DNA of 64,000 bases. Source: Schizochytrium sp. TIO01 (taxonomy: Eukaryota; Protista; Bigyra: Labyrinthulomycetes). This document shows positions 12,001 through 23,421 of this stretch, piece by piece. The notes beneath the pieces are model-generated. The model had not been told where the DNA came from. It did not search any database and worked only from the letters and a program-made list of their open reading frames with translations. How positions within the stretch are numbered: the stretch's first letter is position 1; each line of letters begins with the position of its first letter. The stretch lies in assembly GCA_004764695.1 (NCBI GenBank), contig SMSO01000031.1, positions 8,910,761 to 8,974,760 of the forward strand, in the 5' to 3' direction. The position numbers and the translations under genes are program-made.

Positions 12001-15000
12001 CGTTATCATCATCATCATCATCGTCGTCGTCATCGGCAGTTGCTGCGATAGCGGCATTAGCAAAGGTAGTATCAAGAAAGTCGTCAACTAGAAATGGTGG
12101 TATATCACCTTCAAGGTCATCCTCATCAAGGTCATCAAGATCTTCATCGGAGTCAATGTCATCAACGGGATGGGCATTATCTGACAGTGTCCATTCCATG
12201 TCGCCATCGTCACTAGACTGTGCCTGTGAGAACGTATTCGACACAGAAGTACGATGTGTCTCTGTTTTTGACACTGGCCGAGTCCAGCCTGCAGCTTTGC
12301 GAGAAACCCCCAAAATCTCAGGAGGACATTTGTCATCCTTTGAAAGAGGAAGGACATTTCCCCATGCCGTGCCTCTCACATGACCTAGATACGCGTATTG
12401 ATATTTCTGTAAGTGCTCATGACATAATGCACAATAGTTCTCTTCGTGCACGGCATCATCCGTCTTGAAAGACTCATCGGTACTGAGTTTTTCAAGTGCT
12501 CGAGCCTGGGCTTCCTTTATACGGGCCATTGCAGCTTTCTGGGCTTCTGCACCTCGATTCTTCTTTTTCTTCTTCTTTTTCTTGTCCCCGGTCTTTAGTT
12601 TACCTTTACTACCCTCACCAGCTGAGTCAAAGGGCTCTTGAATATCCATATCATCGGCTGCAGCAAAAGGGTTCCTTGAACCCCCTGGAAGCTTCACAGC
12701 ACTTGGATCTTCCACTTTGTTGCCAGTGCTTTTCACAGTAGTGTCCGCAAGGGCAACAGGAAAGCGAGATTCGAGCTGCAATTCCTGACGCAATAAGAAT
12801 ACTTCTTCAGGGTGACGTTTGCACATTTCGTCAGCACACCAGCGCATATTTGCCATTTTCTCGGCTTTGCCATCCTGGGTGAAGAAACCTTCAAGGTTCA
12901 CGACGAGCTCCATTAGGCAAAGATCATAGACCATCGGCTTACGTTCCTGGATGCGAGCCTTTTCAACACCGAATTCTTCCACAGTGTGCATAGCTAGAGT
13001 AAGCAGGTGCAGTACTGTGTAAAGCAGACCAGGTGTGGCCTTGAACATAGATGCCGCCCTTCGTGCCTCGGGGAGAAGTGATTTCGAGGATTTGAGGTCC
13101 TGGTCAATCCGGGCCACAGCAAAATTAGCAGACGCTAACAGATCCACGGCGAACTGACAAATAATACGTTGTTGCAGGACTTCACACCATGGTAAGAGGC
13201 GTGCAGACGTCAAAATACTGATTGGCGGACCTGGAGGAGGCGCAGTCATCGGCCAACACACACATCGTGCGTCTTCGTTGACCTTGCAGAGACGTTCAGC
13301 AACCAATTCTTCATTCTGACGCATAAGGTTCCAGAAAAGAGGGTCAACTTCCTCCCAGCATTCTGGTTTCAAGGAGAAGGTGACCGAAGAGTTCTGATAT
13401 GATCGACGGCGGACAGCAACATTATCAAGCATACTCTCTACTTCGCTCGCTGAGACACCAAAAGATTCTTCCATAATATCACCAGCTTCAGCGTTCGTCG
13501 CCTGATTAAATTCGCCATCAGCATCTTGAGCATCAGACATAAAAATGCGGGCAGAACGCACGTGATCCATTACCTTGGAAAAGGTAGAGTTCATTTCTGT
13601 CTCGGCTAAGGCATGAATAACCTCTCTGCGAACAGCCGCCTTTCCAGCAACTTTTGCAACGGGGATTTCTGTGCAAATGTGAATGATAAGGCGAAGTAGC
13701 TCATCCGCAATTTGTGGGAGCACCTCTCGCATTTTCTCGTTGACAGAATCCACAAGAACACGATCAGGCAGCTCACCGAGGAAGAAAAATGACCCAAGTT
13801 CAAATTTATGAAGCAAGGCATTTACAACGCGGTCCGCGCCGAGAATACATACCAATGTTTGCAGGAAAGCTACATCACATTGGTACATGGATGTAGCACA
13901 GACTCCCTTGTAGTTTGTTAGAATATTATCCATTGTCATACCAGTGCGACGCCACAGTTGAGCTCCAATCTGAGCATTTGCAACTGCTACCCGAAAAACA
14001 TCTTCGGCAAATTGATCGAAGTCAACTTGATCAAAATTCGAAAGGCATTTGTGGAGAAGGGTTTCTGAGGCGGCAACTTGATCACCTAGTTTGTGGGCGA
14101 ATCGCTCAATAGAGATGCCCAAGTTACGGATAGTAGCAGCAAAGAATCTTTGCATAGGAAGGTGATGGGACACAGCGTCTCCTTGGAAAACGCTGCCCTT
14201 GGGTATACGCTGCCCAATAAGACCGAGATCGTATGATTCTGCAATAGGAAAACGCAGCTCGGATACAGGAACAGGTCCTATTGTGTCTACATCTTTACTG
14301 CCTGATGCATCTACCAAAGTTGCTGAGTAAGGAATTAAATGAACTTTTTGAACGGTCAATTCGCGAGTATCATTCGTCGAATCTAGACGCTTCACAACTT
14401 CCTTGGGGTGCCAATGAAATGAATACTGGTAGGCCATTTTCGTGAATGTGCGTAAGACATCTTCAACAGTAAGATTCTTAGCTCGTTCATCGTTTGATAG
14501 AAAAGCAGCAAGGCCAAAGCCAAGTTGTTGCGAACTGGGGCGAATGATGTTCTGCAGAGCAAGACTAAGTTTAAAGGCTTTCATCCACTCCGCATTCTCA
14601 AAGTCAACATGGGTAGGGCCCTGGTGTCTTCGTTGTGGGTTCATGCGCTGAGTAGTAGCGATGGCTGACATGAATGCGTGAAGGCGTTGCCACTGCGAAA
14701 CTTCGCCAGAGTCCACAAGAGAGTTCTTCACAAGTCGTAGGATATAACGGGCATCCACAATAAAGTGGGCGTAGCGTTCATGGAGTATGCCAGCACTGTT
14801 GGTCAAATCAACTTGTGCTAGGCGATTAAGAGGCCCTCCGGGTGTTGGGAAGTCACGATCCTCTTCGAAGCAGGTCCAAAGAAAATGTTTAATAGTCTCC
14901 AGGGAGCGTACAACAACATCAGTACCGCACTTGTGAAACTCGGTATCAACTCGTTGAATGACGCTAGGTACTGTCAAAAGCTGTACTGTTAGAATCAATG

Positions 15001-16405
15001 CAGTCTCTTCCCGGGTGCCCAAACCCCTGCTAAATGAAGAAGCCATAAAGCGATGGGCGCCCATGAAGCTGGAACCAAGATACTGCTTAAAATCAACATG
15101 CGTAAGCAAGCCTAGCCAGAGTCCTTGCATGTGTTTTGCAAACTGCTTGGGTATGAGAGCATCATACTTGAGCGTTGCTTGGACAATTGAAAGGTGGTTT
15201 GGACCTGCAGAACATATGTTGGTGTCATCATGCTGTGGCCAAAAGAAATCGTCTCCGCATTTAGCAAGGAAGTACGCTTCTGCGTATAGACAGTCGACAA
15301 GGTCTGTGGTGGGAGGATTGACAAAACGTTCCACAATACAACGGGCAAGACCCTGAGACAATTGGGACATCTCCAGCATCCATGTAAGACCAGCTACAGC
15401 GCGTTTCTCTGCTGCAAGCTGCTTTCCACGTGGGATACTCACCAGAAGTCCATGTTTTTCGAGGGTGGCCCGGACATCTCTGACTTTGCTAAGTGCTTCA
15501 ACCATACCCTTATCAGAGTCAAATTTTTGTGAGAAAATAGGGGCCCGCCCATGATCATTAATCATTTGCGTTTTAGCGCCGATGATAGGAGGGGTCAGCC
15601 TAGCGACCCGGGCGATATCGCGAAGTGCTGTATGAACCTCCTCGAAAGAATGAATGTCATCGTTGTTTAGCACCACATTGAATGTGTCTTCGCCATCATA
15701 TTCGTCTGTCACAACTAGGTTAGTGTCGTCATCAAATTCTCTGGCAAAGGATTTGAACACTTCGGACAGAGCTCTCATATTGTCGGCAAAGATTGCGTCC
15801 AAGATGGCTTCGAACTGTGATCGCACACCGGGAGGGAGAGTCTCCCGTGGATCCACGTCTGCGTTTCCAACATTGTGATGTCCATGGCGAGAGCAAAATC
15901 CCTCTGGAGCCCACGCCTCTTCATCACCACAGTCACAACATCCTCCAGGGTCTGTGCGATGAAAGGTAACCTCATGGCCAGTATGGTCGCTTTCATCAAA
16001 ACATTCCTGGCAGATTACGCATGTGCTATCTACTTGACATGTCAAGCAGTTGTAAGCGACGTCGCCCTCGCTAAAAAGTTTGCCGCAGCGTACTTGCCTG
16101 TTTTCATTCTTGAGTTTCTTTATTCCCTCTGCGCCGCGGTACACTGCTTGTTCCTCACCAGGCTTGAGGGTTCGTGCAAAGAGAAGGTCGCTAAGTGCCG
16201 AACTGACAATTGCGACATGGCCGATTTCTAGCGCTTCACGAGCCACTTCTGAGACTGTGGCATTGGAAAAACTTTGCTGCTGCAAGGTCTTCCGGCCCAA
16301 TAGGTTTACCTTGTACCGGACAGACTGCAAAGCTGCCGCAACTGCGGTTGAAGATGTGCTCGAAGCAACGGAGCCACCTGATGAATGATTCCGCGATCTC
16401 TGCAT
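9083..16405 (-). CDS. UBR1: UBR1/UBR2-type N-degron E3 ubiquitin ligase, 2440 aa, single ORF
   Basis: UBR box (CGKLF...CLTC...CQECF...GGCCDCGDEEAW...FCSRH), ClpS-like box (VVLNNDDIHSFEEV), split RING (CALC...CSHAMHMEC...CPMC) and C-terminal motif PYVDSHGEPDDNLRRGRPLRL. Confidence 0.92.
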   Translation of the reverse strand: MQRSRNHSSGGSVASSTSSTAVAAALQSVRYKVNLLGRKTLQQQSFSNATVSEVAREALEIGHVAIVSSALSDLLFARTLKPGEEQAVYRGAEGIKKLKNENRQVRCGKLFSEGDVAYNCLTCQVDSTCVICQECFDESDHTGHEVTFHRTDPGGCCDCGDEEAWAPEGFCSRHGHHNVGNADVDPRETLPPGVRSQFEAILDAIFADNMRALSEVFKSFAREFDDDTNLVVTDEYDGEDTFNVVLNNDDIHSFEEVHTALRDIARVARLTPPIIGAKTQMINDHGRAPIFSQKFDSDKGMVEALSKVRDVRATLEKHGLLVSIPRGKQLAAEKRAVAGLTWMLEMSQLSQGLARCIVERFVNPPTTDLVDCLYAEAYFLAKCGDDFFWPQHDDTNICSAGPNHLSIVQATLKYDALIPKQFAKHMQGLWLGLLTHVDFKQYLGSSFMGAHRFMASSFSRGLGTREETALILTVQLLTVPSVIQRVDTEFHKCGTDVVVRSLETIKHFLWTCFEEDRDFPTPGGPLNRLAQVDLTNSAGILHERYAHFIVDARYILRLVKNSLVDSGEVSQWQRLHAFMSAIATTQRMNPQRRHQGPTHVDFENAEWMKAFKLSLALQNIIRPSSQQLGFGLAAFLSNDERAKNLTVEDVLRTFTKMAYQYSFHWHPKEVVKRLDSTNDTRELTVQKVHLIPYSATLVDASGSKDVDTIGPVPVSELRFPIAESYDLGLIGQRIPKGSVFQGDAVSHHLPMQRFFAATIRNLGISIERFAHKLGDQVAASETLLHKCLSNFDQVDFDQFAEDVFRVAVANAQIGAQLWRRTGMTMDNILTNYKGVCATSMYQCDVAFLQTLVCILGADRVVNALLHKFELGSFFFLGELPDRVLVDSVNEKMREVLPQIADELLRLIIHICTEIPVAKVAGKAAVRREVIHALAETEMNSTFSKVMDHVRSARIFMSDAQDADGEFNQATNAEAGDIMEESFGVSASEVESMLDNVAVRRRSYQNSSVTFSLKPECWEEVDPLFWNLMRQNEELVAERLCKVNEDARCVCWPMTAPPPGPPISILTSARLLPWCEVLQQRIICQFAVDLLASANFAVARIDQDLKSSKSLLPEARRAASMFKATPGLLYTVLHLLTLAMHTVEEFGVEKARIQERKPMVYDLCLMELVVNLEGFFTQDGKAEKMANMRWCADEMCKRHPEEVFLLRQELQLESRFPVALADTTVKSTGNKVEDPSAVKLPGGSRNPFAAADDMDIQEPFDSAGEGSKGKLKTGDKKKKKKKKNRGAEAQKAAMARIKEAQARALEKLSTDESFKTDDAVHEENYCALCHEHLQKYQYAYLGHVRGTAWGNVLPLSKDDKCPPEILGVSRKAAGWTRPVSKTETHRTSVSNTFSQAQSSDDGDMEWTLSDNAHPVDDIDSDEDLDDLDEDDLEGDIPPFLVDDFLDTTFANAAIAATADDDDDDDDDDNEMHDDGDADDNRDGNRNNAADLPVTIATLRAEVGENGLMIDPNDMAQFREAFARAAARGGGTAGGGNATGATAANALPPGFMDNATRVGAMGVGMTGGAQNIAAQINLLVSEMIGQTAQSPSQARRSPVEDPKEVTPSTERSVYVQFCSHAMHMECLRKYISSLEDQRHSLAIPDIRQHEFLCPMCKSVSNVIVPNVSENPVTEPSSSDKRRRVSSSTTPDEMVRFISGDLGGVTSREISSKALKDIKSFADMIHSKTMPLTPSDLLPTLRARLIQPVPEADGPTRVVALWHALAFSLSARAAARRPACGEDSASTSFRQLFELVQGSEKQWLSMLRAAALLFNNENLLKLVDPFEPESQIGGVARNRNDTGHRNLDVRGGAMAAASSLLGSFRGLGASSVARSRLPGFLGSNDTGDLMSFLIPPPEGNATNMATSYPSLPLPTLQPPPPAPSQGSFFERSIIRSPLNRFLGNFSRRFSDRNASQEEAPAQGSAQRSSQGESSSSSSTVSNSSSSTSSPGGTSSSTKGTRSRDASHESTGASEAAEALFEMLTLGSTTRLGKLAAGLAPGKSSKFEAKLDETIAKTVPATLSTGCKVENVDGVHKHSLVPGDKITQVDLAKKTMLVEHVEIPDGVLLNMKDPVILLVALFSALPQSLYIRAVRAVAMATFVQGVLEAPGTEICDVCHTSRRYANAESWVTAMQRIQPNVTADHVYYAIYVKLARFLRTSVLLMAVAAEDTEFSDFMELGDYENDETDELWMRFLGLPSVEEMTSSTELMDIIERWKLALGVGKLSPFAIESPEPCRMVCCLDQTRLRLVNLPTNYEQLLKIVRQGAKCPTTGRPISKPLLCLRCGAIICFNSRHSADQCCSRGGVGPGTLHAMSCGGGSGAFLVVQRCVVVLVHEKHNVRISAPYVDSHGEPDDNLRRGRPLRLHEPAFKNLQFICSNNEICSKVVSTLLKGDVRTRSVPHF

Positions 16406-19139
16406 ACTTGCGACTTATTACAAAACCTTTTCTAAAAACCTGCGCACTACTACTAATACTGATACGAATCTAGTTGGGCGGCGACTAGCTGGGCCTGCGA
16501 TAGTTTCACGGTGTGGTATTTATAATTTGCTCGGCTTCTCCAGAAGTCCTGAAGATCGATGGTCACCCACCGAGCTGGATGTTTGAATGGTGGAATTCAG
16601 AATCCACGGAAAGCAGCACGAAAACTGCAAAATTGGTGCTTCAAGGGCAAAACACAATAAGTTACGCCAGAAAAAATATCCAGATAGAAGCTGCCACTCC
16701 AGTTTCACCTAGAGTAGAATAATTGCAAAGGAAACGTAGAAGCAGGAACGCAGGCTAGATGAATTTAACCTACACCGCTGGGGTAAGGTAGAGAAGCTTG
16801 GTTTCGTTGTGAGAAGGTTTTCTTCAAGCCTTGATACAGAAAACTCCACCCAGGTCCACCAAGAAAGGGTAATTCACACTCAAGGAGTCAACTCTCTGCA
16901 CAAAAGATCTTTGGGGAAACCTCAACAAAGCTTCCTCTACAAATGCAAAGTCTCTTCAGATGTAGAACGGCCGTCAGCAGTGAAGTGTTGCGCCAGATAC
17001 TTGCAAAGAAAAAGCAAGAAAACAGAGGAAATTGAGAGAAATCAACAAAGAAAGAAAGAAAGCGACGCAACAGACAGGGATGGATCCCGATCCGGAGTCT
17101 GCAAGGCCCTCCAAGTCAACAAATAATCAAGGTAGTGCAGCGTTGAGTCTCTAAGGAGGCCGCGTGATGTGCCCACTGCGCCGAAGGGTCGGCGAAAGGC
17201 TCGCAGCGGCGCCAAGCGGGCTGGCTGGTGGCACAATTGATTGATTGCCTATGTTTTCTGGATAGGCAAAATCATATGTAATACTATACATTCTAGTGAA
17301 ATGAATGATGGGTTGAGGTGTCCTAGAATCCGGTACAGAAAATTTAGATACCTTTTGAGTATCCAAACCACATAAGCTAGGATATCTCCTTGAGTCCGAA
17401 GGCACCGGAACACGCGATAGCACAGTAAAGAACTTGCGCCAAAGCCGCCTGCGTGGCATGATAGGGAGGGGAGAGCTAAATAGTTGTGGTAAGTTTCATG
17501 TTTAAGCGGGCTATATCCCTCAACTAGTTTGATATGCGATTAGAGTTTCCGAATGACATGAACTTGTACAGTGCGAAATTGCCGAAATGCAATTTATTAG
17601 AAAATGATAAGTATGAGGTATAAGGTAGGTAGGTAGTAAAAAAGTTTTGCTGAAGGGGAAGACGGAATAAAAGTAAGAAGATAAAAAGGATATCGCTCGT
17701 GCAAATCCTTTTTTTCAAGTTGGATTAGAATTAAAGCAAAGCCCAGGCCATGGTTATGTAATATAGAACTATATATTTATGCCAAAGTCAGGAGTAGATG
17801 TACATCAGATTGGTTGTTTAATTTTTAATTTAATTTTTTTAGTGTAGTCGAAAGTATGCCGATTTCATCATCACTCAAAGCATTAAATTTCATCATGACT
17901 GAAAGGTTTTATAATTCGAATCTTTGACGAATCAGATGTTTAGAGAGCTAACAATAACACAGGTGCAGCCAAAGAGAGGAAATCGAACTTATATATGATA
18001 CGCAGAGAGGTTCTTTAAGAGGAATATGTACAATAAGTCAAATCTTAGAGGAACTGGAAATGCAAATGAGCAAGAAAATGATTCAAAATGCAGACAGACT
18101 GTATTATTGCATTCGCACACCCATAACATGGTAGACCTATAGATTTTTTTTGAAGCTTTCCTTGTTGCTGTTATCCCTATTACCATAATTCGATTAACCC
18201 TGATAATCCAAACCCCAGATTCTTGAAAAACATCATTGTATTGTTGTAATTTAAAAGAAAATATTAATTTTGAAAGCAACAACAATGAGAACATTTAAAT
18301 AAAAAAATTAACATTTATTTTTTATTTTTTTGTATAACAAGTTATAGGTTGTATGCCAGCATGTTTATGCAACTCTCTATTCGGAGAATCTTGCTCCGAC
18401 AAGGTTCTTTGATCCTCAACTCGTTCTATTTTAAGTTGAACTTTAAGAACTCGCTCGCATTGATGAGGGGTTCGAGACTTTGCATGGCATAGCAGTAAAT
18501 AATCTTCGAGTAAATAATTTATGAAGGTTGGTCCGCGCGTTGTTTAAATTTCGCCGGTCTTGCGGAACGTGCGTCAGCCCCCAACTCATACTACTGATGG
18601 TCTTGCCTGAGTTTTTACTCGAGTTACAAAGATTTCAACTCGTTAGCCCCCAGAAGTTAAAATCTTTTATCTTCAAGTTGGTTAAAACAATAACCAATGA
18701 CACGATCAGTGATTGTTTTAGCTTGCTTTTTGTTTTTTGTTTTAAACCTGAGATTGATTACCTCTGACCAATGAGAGTGTTACGCGGGTGCGTACTAGAT
18801 ACCGAAGTACTTACGGCTATGCTGCCATTCGTAAAATCTTATTCATCAATGAATTAAAAATAGCAAGAGAATGATCAGACAAAAAGAGTGCTGTGTTTCG
18901 GGCAGGTTTGATACTCAATTGTGGAAAGCGCCCTTGCATTTATTGCTCCATAGTAGTTTGACCTGTTTTATTGCTGCGAATACTATTTTCTTACAAGTGC
19001 GCCATGGTTACTGTTATCATTGGAATGAATAGCGATGGCGCTCTCTCTCTTAAATTCTGAAGTCTAAACAAAAGAAGACAGCAAGAGAATTAGATCGTGT
19101 AGAACCCTTGAACCAAGCTGGAGAATTTACCGACTTGTA

Positions 19140-19140
<1 letters not shown>

Positions 19141-19184
<44 letters not shown>

Positions 19185-19185
19185 T
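19141..19185. repeat. Compound (TC)n(AC)n microsatellite
   Basis: tctctctctttctctc...tcacacacacactc read directly. Confidence 0.9.
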
Positions 19186-21248
19186 CTTTTCATAATTGTA
19201 GTCTTTCTCTGCTCGAGGCTTGTAACTGTTGCGATCAACATCGATAATAACATCAGAATAATTGCGCACGCCAAAGAAGTTGGAACTCGCCGGGATTCTA
19301 TTGATTTGAAAAAAGCAATATATCTAGATAATCTATCTCAGGTTTTCTCGTTCAGATCTATCTCTTCTTGTTTCAGGAGTGAGAGGTTAGTACATTATCT
19401 TTTCAACCAGAGCCCTACCTTGCTGCAATTGGATCTCCATCTTCCCCACTCTCGACTATTTAGGACAAGTGACGAAAGGCTAAGATCTTCATAAACAGGG
19501 TTCTGCAGAGTCGGTGTTCGGATTGAACCAAGAGCTTACAGAAGAAATTCACATATGAACCAAGTAGGAGCAGCTTAAGGTAGAGCGAGTATTGCAGACA
19601 ACTCTCGCAAGTTTCAATTTGCCTAAGATTTTTCTATCGTTCGTACGTTTTTTTTTTGGAATTGGCATTCGAGGTACCGAATGGCTCATCCACCATCAAC
19701 GGCAACTTGAAGAGTCGACATGAGAACGGACCTGGAGAGAGTTTTTTTCAACCTAGTATCTGGATTTTGCAAATAAAAAAGCATCGCATGTGCTTCATAT
19801 GATAAATCGTGGGATGAATAATCTTGATTGTTTCTTTAGGAATGAAATCAGGGTAGTCTAGTCGTCAGAGGCTACTCCTGTCTAGAAACTAATCGTTCCA
19901 CTTGTTGTGGCAAATTCACTTTGATCAGGAAAGTACAAGAAAACAAAGACGAGTACACCCAATATCTCAGGTAGATAGAAAACGTTCTTCAGTTTTACAA
20001 ATGCCATTTTTTTTTCCCATTTTTTTTTTAAATTAAAAAGGGAAAAAAGCCCACCCCCGATGGAGAGTTCAAATGTCAACAAATATTATGCCCAAAAGTG
20101 ATAATAAAAGATAAGCTTCGTTGAGCGATGACCTGGAGAAGTTCCGCGTCTCCTGAAGAATTTGCAACAGCTTAAGACTCCCAACAGAAGTGTCAAAATC
20201 CCAGTCAGGGTTGAGCAAGCAGCAAGGAAAGTAAGTCAGTGGGGAGTTGACAAGAAAACTAAAAGCGATGATGGCATGGCTTTCGCACTATGCTGAAAAG
20301 TTGGTGCATTAGATGGTTGTATTTCTTAGGTTCTCCAGAAATGTACTGGTACAGTATATAATAAAAATCTTGTGGAGCAGGCCACGCATAATAGGTTAGC
20401 ATGAGGTGTTTCCATCATTAGAAAGATGTGGTACACTCCCTCGTATAGGTCAGTAAGCACCTATATGTTCGTTCCTTTGAGACACCGCCTACCCGCTCAT
20501 TCTCCACCTGCACGCCCGCTCGCCCCTGGCGCCAGGCGCATGCCGAGAGGACAAAGCAAGGAGCGCGCCGTCTAGGCTTGCTCCAGCGCTTCACCTAGCA
20601 AGCAAGATTAGACTTGCTGCAAACGAGGGAACCAGGAGAAGAAGGATACGGAGGCGGCGCCATGAGCAAAAATGAACTGCTCGCCGCCAGCAAGAGAGCA
20701 AGCAACTCCGTCACGTTCATCTAGACTGACTCGACTCCGAAGAGTGGGCTAGCGAGACGCGTTGCTTTGCTCCCTTCGAGCCAGTGCCGGGCTCGGCCCA
20801 AGGCAGCCAGTCAGCTCGGAGCAAACAAACAAACAAGCAGGCAGGCAGGCAGGCGAGCGAGCCAGCGAGTTCTCGCGGCATGCGGGGATAACTTACGAGA
20901 ACCACGAGGGGATCCTCCGGTTCTCCGTGAACGACGACGGCGACGGCTACTACGGCAACGACAGCAACAACGACAACCTCATGGCAATCCTAGACTTCCC
21001 CAGGCAAGTCAGCATCAACCGCAGCCAGGGACGATCTTGATGCCTTCTTCCTCGCGCAGACTCCACGTGGGTGGCAGTCAGTGGTCCTGCGCCGCTAGAG
21101 GCGTCTCTAGAGCCCAATAGAAGTCTGACGGCAATTCGGGTGGTCGCATGTGATCGGAAGCCTCAGCGAGGCCGGGACACGTCCCATGACCATCACACGC
21201 CCACCTCTGCTGCGCTCTCAACGGAGCAGTCGGTCAGTATCTCTGTGA

Positions 21249-21690
21249 GTGTGTGTGTGTGTCCAGGGACGATGGATGGATGGCTATAGCTGCCTGCGTG
21301 ATGGTCCGTGCATCGGCGCCGAGGCGGGTCGAATTAATTGCCAGGTGCTGCTCGGTCTCTATCTATCTAACTATCTATATTTGTCTATCAATCCTGTGGG
21401 TCGGCGCAATCTTCTGCATAATAGGCCACTTCTCAAAGGGCTATCTAGCTGGCTATGGACTCTTGCGATGGGCTGATAGACCCATAGATAGATAGATAGA
21501 TAGCATCTTCAGCGTCTGCCTCTAGCTGGCTGGGATCTCGAGCATCGCGGGTCACATGGTTGAGCGGGCGGGTCGGGACGAAGAACTTGAGCGGAGTGGG
21601 GGCTTGCGATGGGGTATGGAGTGGCGTGGCCTGAATGAGTGTACGTGTGTGTAGGTAGGTAGGTAGGTAGGTATGTATGTATATGTGTGA
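21249..21690. repeat. Cluster of short tandem repeats (GT, GATG, CTAT/GATA, TAGG) 3' of the polyQ gene
   Basis: gtgtgtgtgt, gatggatgga, atagatagatagataga and gtaggtaggtaggtaggtag are all visible. Confidence 0.85.
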
Positions 21691-21726
21691 GTATGTGAAT
21701 GCGAAGAGAAAATAAAGTCTCGAGAT

Positions 21727-22247
21727 CTAGCATGTGGCGGCAGCGACCTTGCACGACTGTGCGATGGGCTTGACTGCTGCTGCGACTGCAGGCGCCGCGG
21801 AGGTCTTGGGCGCTGCTGAGTTGATTGAGGCCTGGAAGTCTCTGATCATGCGATCGACGTACTTCTTGGAGGCGTGTGTGAGGATGACTCCGTTGACGTT
21901 AATCTCAGCGCTGGCGTGCGAGAGGGCCTCGCTCACGCGCTGGAGCTTGACAACGAGGTCTGCGCGAAGATCCCGCTCGGGCACGCAGTTGAGGAGCTGC
22001 TCTGACGTGGTCACCTGGCCCGTGAACACCGCCAGGATCAAGTTCACCGCATGGAGCGATGCCGAGGCGTCGTACGTCTTGACGCTCTCCGCAAAGACCA
22101 CCGACTTGGGTCTCGGCGAGTCTGCCCTCCGCATCAGCTCCGCAATCATCCTGCCAGACTTGTTGCTCGCTTCGCTCCCTGTGCTTCCGTTGCTCGCCGT
22201 GCGGCTGTAAGTTCGCCTCCTGCTGCTGCTGCTCTTGTCCTCAAGCC

Positions 22248-22336
<89 letters not shown>

Positions 22337-22854
22337 TCTTGGGCCAAGTTTCGAGTTTGCTGTCTCCTCGCTCGACCTTCTTCGCCGCGTCCTGGCCCCG
22401 GGGTCTTGTGCGCCGCCTTTCTCGCCGGGCCTCTGGCACAAGTGCTTTTGCTCTCTGCTGCTGCTGCTGCTGCTGCTGTCTCTAAGGCTGTCTCTGCCTC
22501 TGTTTCTGGCTCTGCTTCTTCCTCCTCCTCCTCCTCCTCCTCTTCGAGTTTGCCTTCCTCTTCTTCCGCACGGCCTCCCTGTTTCCGCACGTATTGCTGC
22601 GGAACGCCAAGGTCGTGATGCGGGTGCGCGTGGAGCGCCTCCCCGCTGTTTCGCGCTTCCTTTGCCTCCACAGTGGCCGCGCTGTGGGGCTGGTTCCGCA
22701 CCAAGTTCTGCCCCGGGTTCTTCTGCCTCAGGCTCTGCGTCACCGCCGCCGCACCCTGCAAGTTCTGCGAGCGCGGGCCCTGCTCGCACTCCAGGTGGGC
22801 CGCCGGCTGGCCGTGCTCCTGCTCCTGGTTCTGCTCATGGATGCGGTAGTGGAC

Positions 22855-22892
<38 letters not shown>

Positions 22893-23390
22893 GCCGAGGC
22901 TGGTACGCACGCCGCTCAGGAGTCTGCTCAAGATGCTGGAGCGGGAAAACAAACTGCTCTCGAAGCTGAGCGGGTCTTTCCCCAGCGCCTCCTCCCTCCT
23001 GCTGCTGCTGAGCGCCCTCCCGCAGCTGAGGGTGGAAATGCTGGAGCTGAGGGTGGCGCTGGAGATGCTGCCACTGCCACAGCTGGGGAACCCCCTCGGG
23101 ACACCTGGAGCTAGTCTCATAGAAGGCACGCCCGTAGTCGTCGTCCTCTGCTCTGAGAGGGGACTCCTGAGGGAGGCTGCGGGGCGAGGCTCTCCTCGGA
23201 AAAACCTCTTCCGCGTGGTCTCCCCGGCGGTTCCGCTCCTCCTGCTCTGCCTCCCGGCGCCTCGCGAGCAGTGCCTCCTCGTGCTGCAGCAGCAGCTGCT
23301 GATGCTGATGCTGATGCTGCTGATGATATTGCTGCTGCTGCTGCTGCTGCTCTAGATCCTGCTGTGGATGCTGCTGATGATATTGCTGCT

Positions 23391-23421
<31 letters not shown>

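Noticed and set aside
17160-17235. GC-rich stem-loop-like stretch (gccgaagggtcggc) upstream of UBR1
   Set aside because: Short, with no RNA-family hallmarks.
20500-21300. Short ORFs in the GC island downstream of the polyQ gene
   Set aside because: They are largely built from microsatellites (CAAA, CAGG, GAC) and have no recognisable motif.
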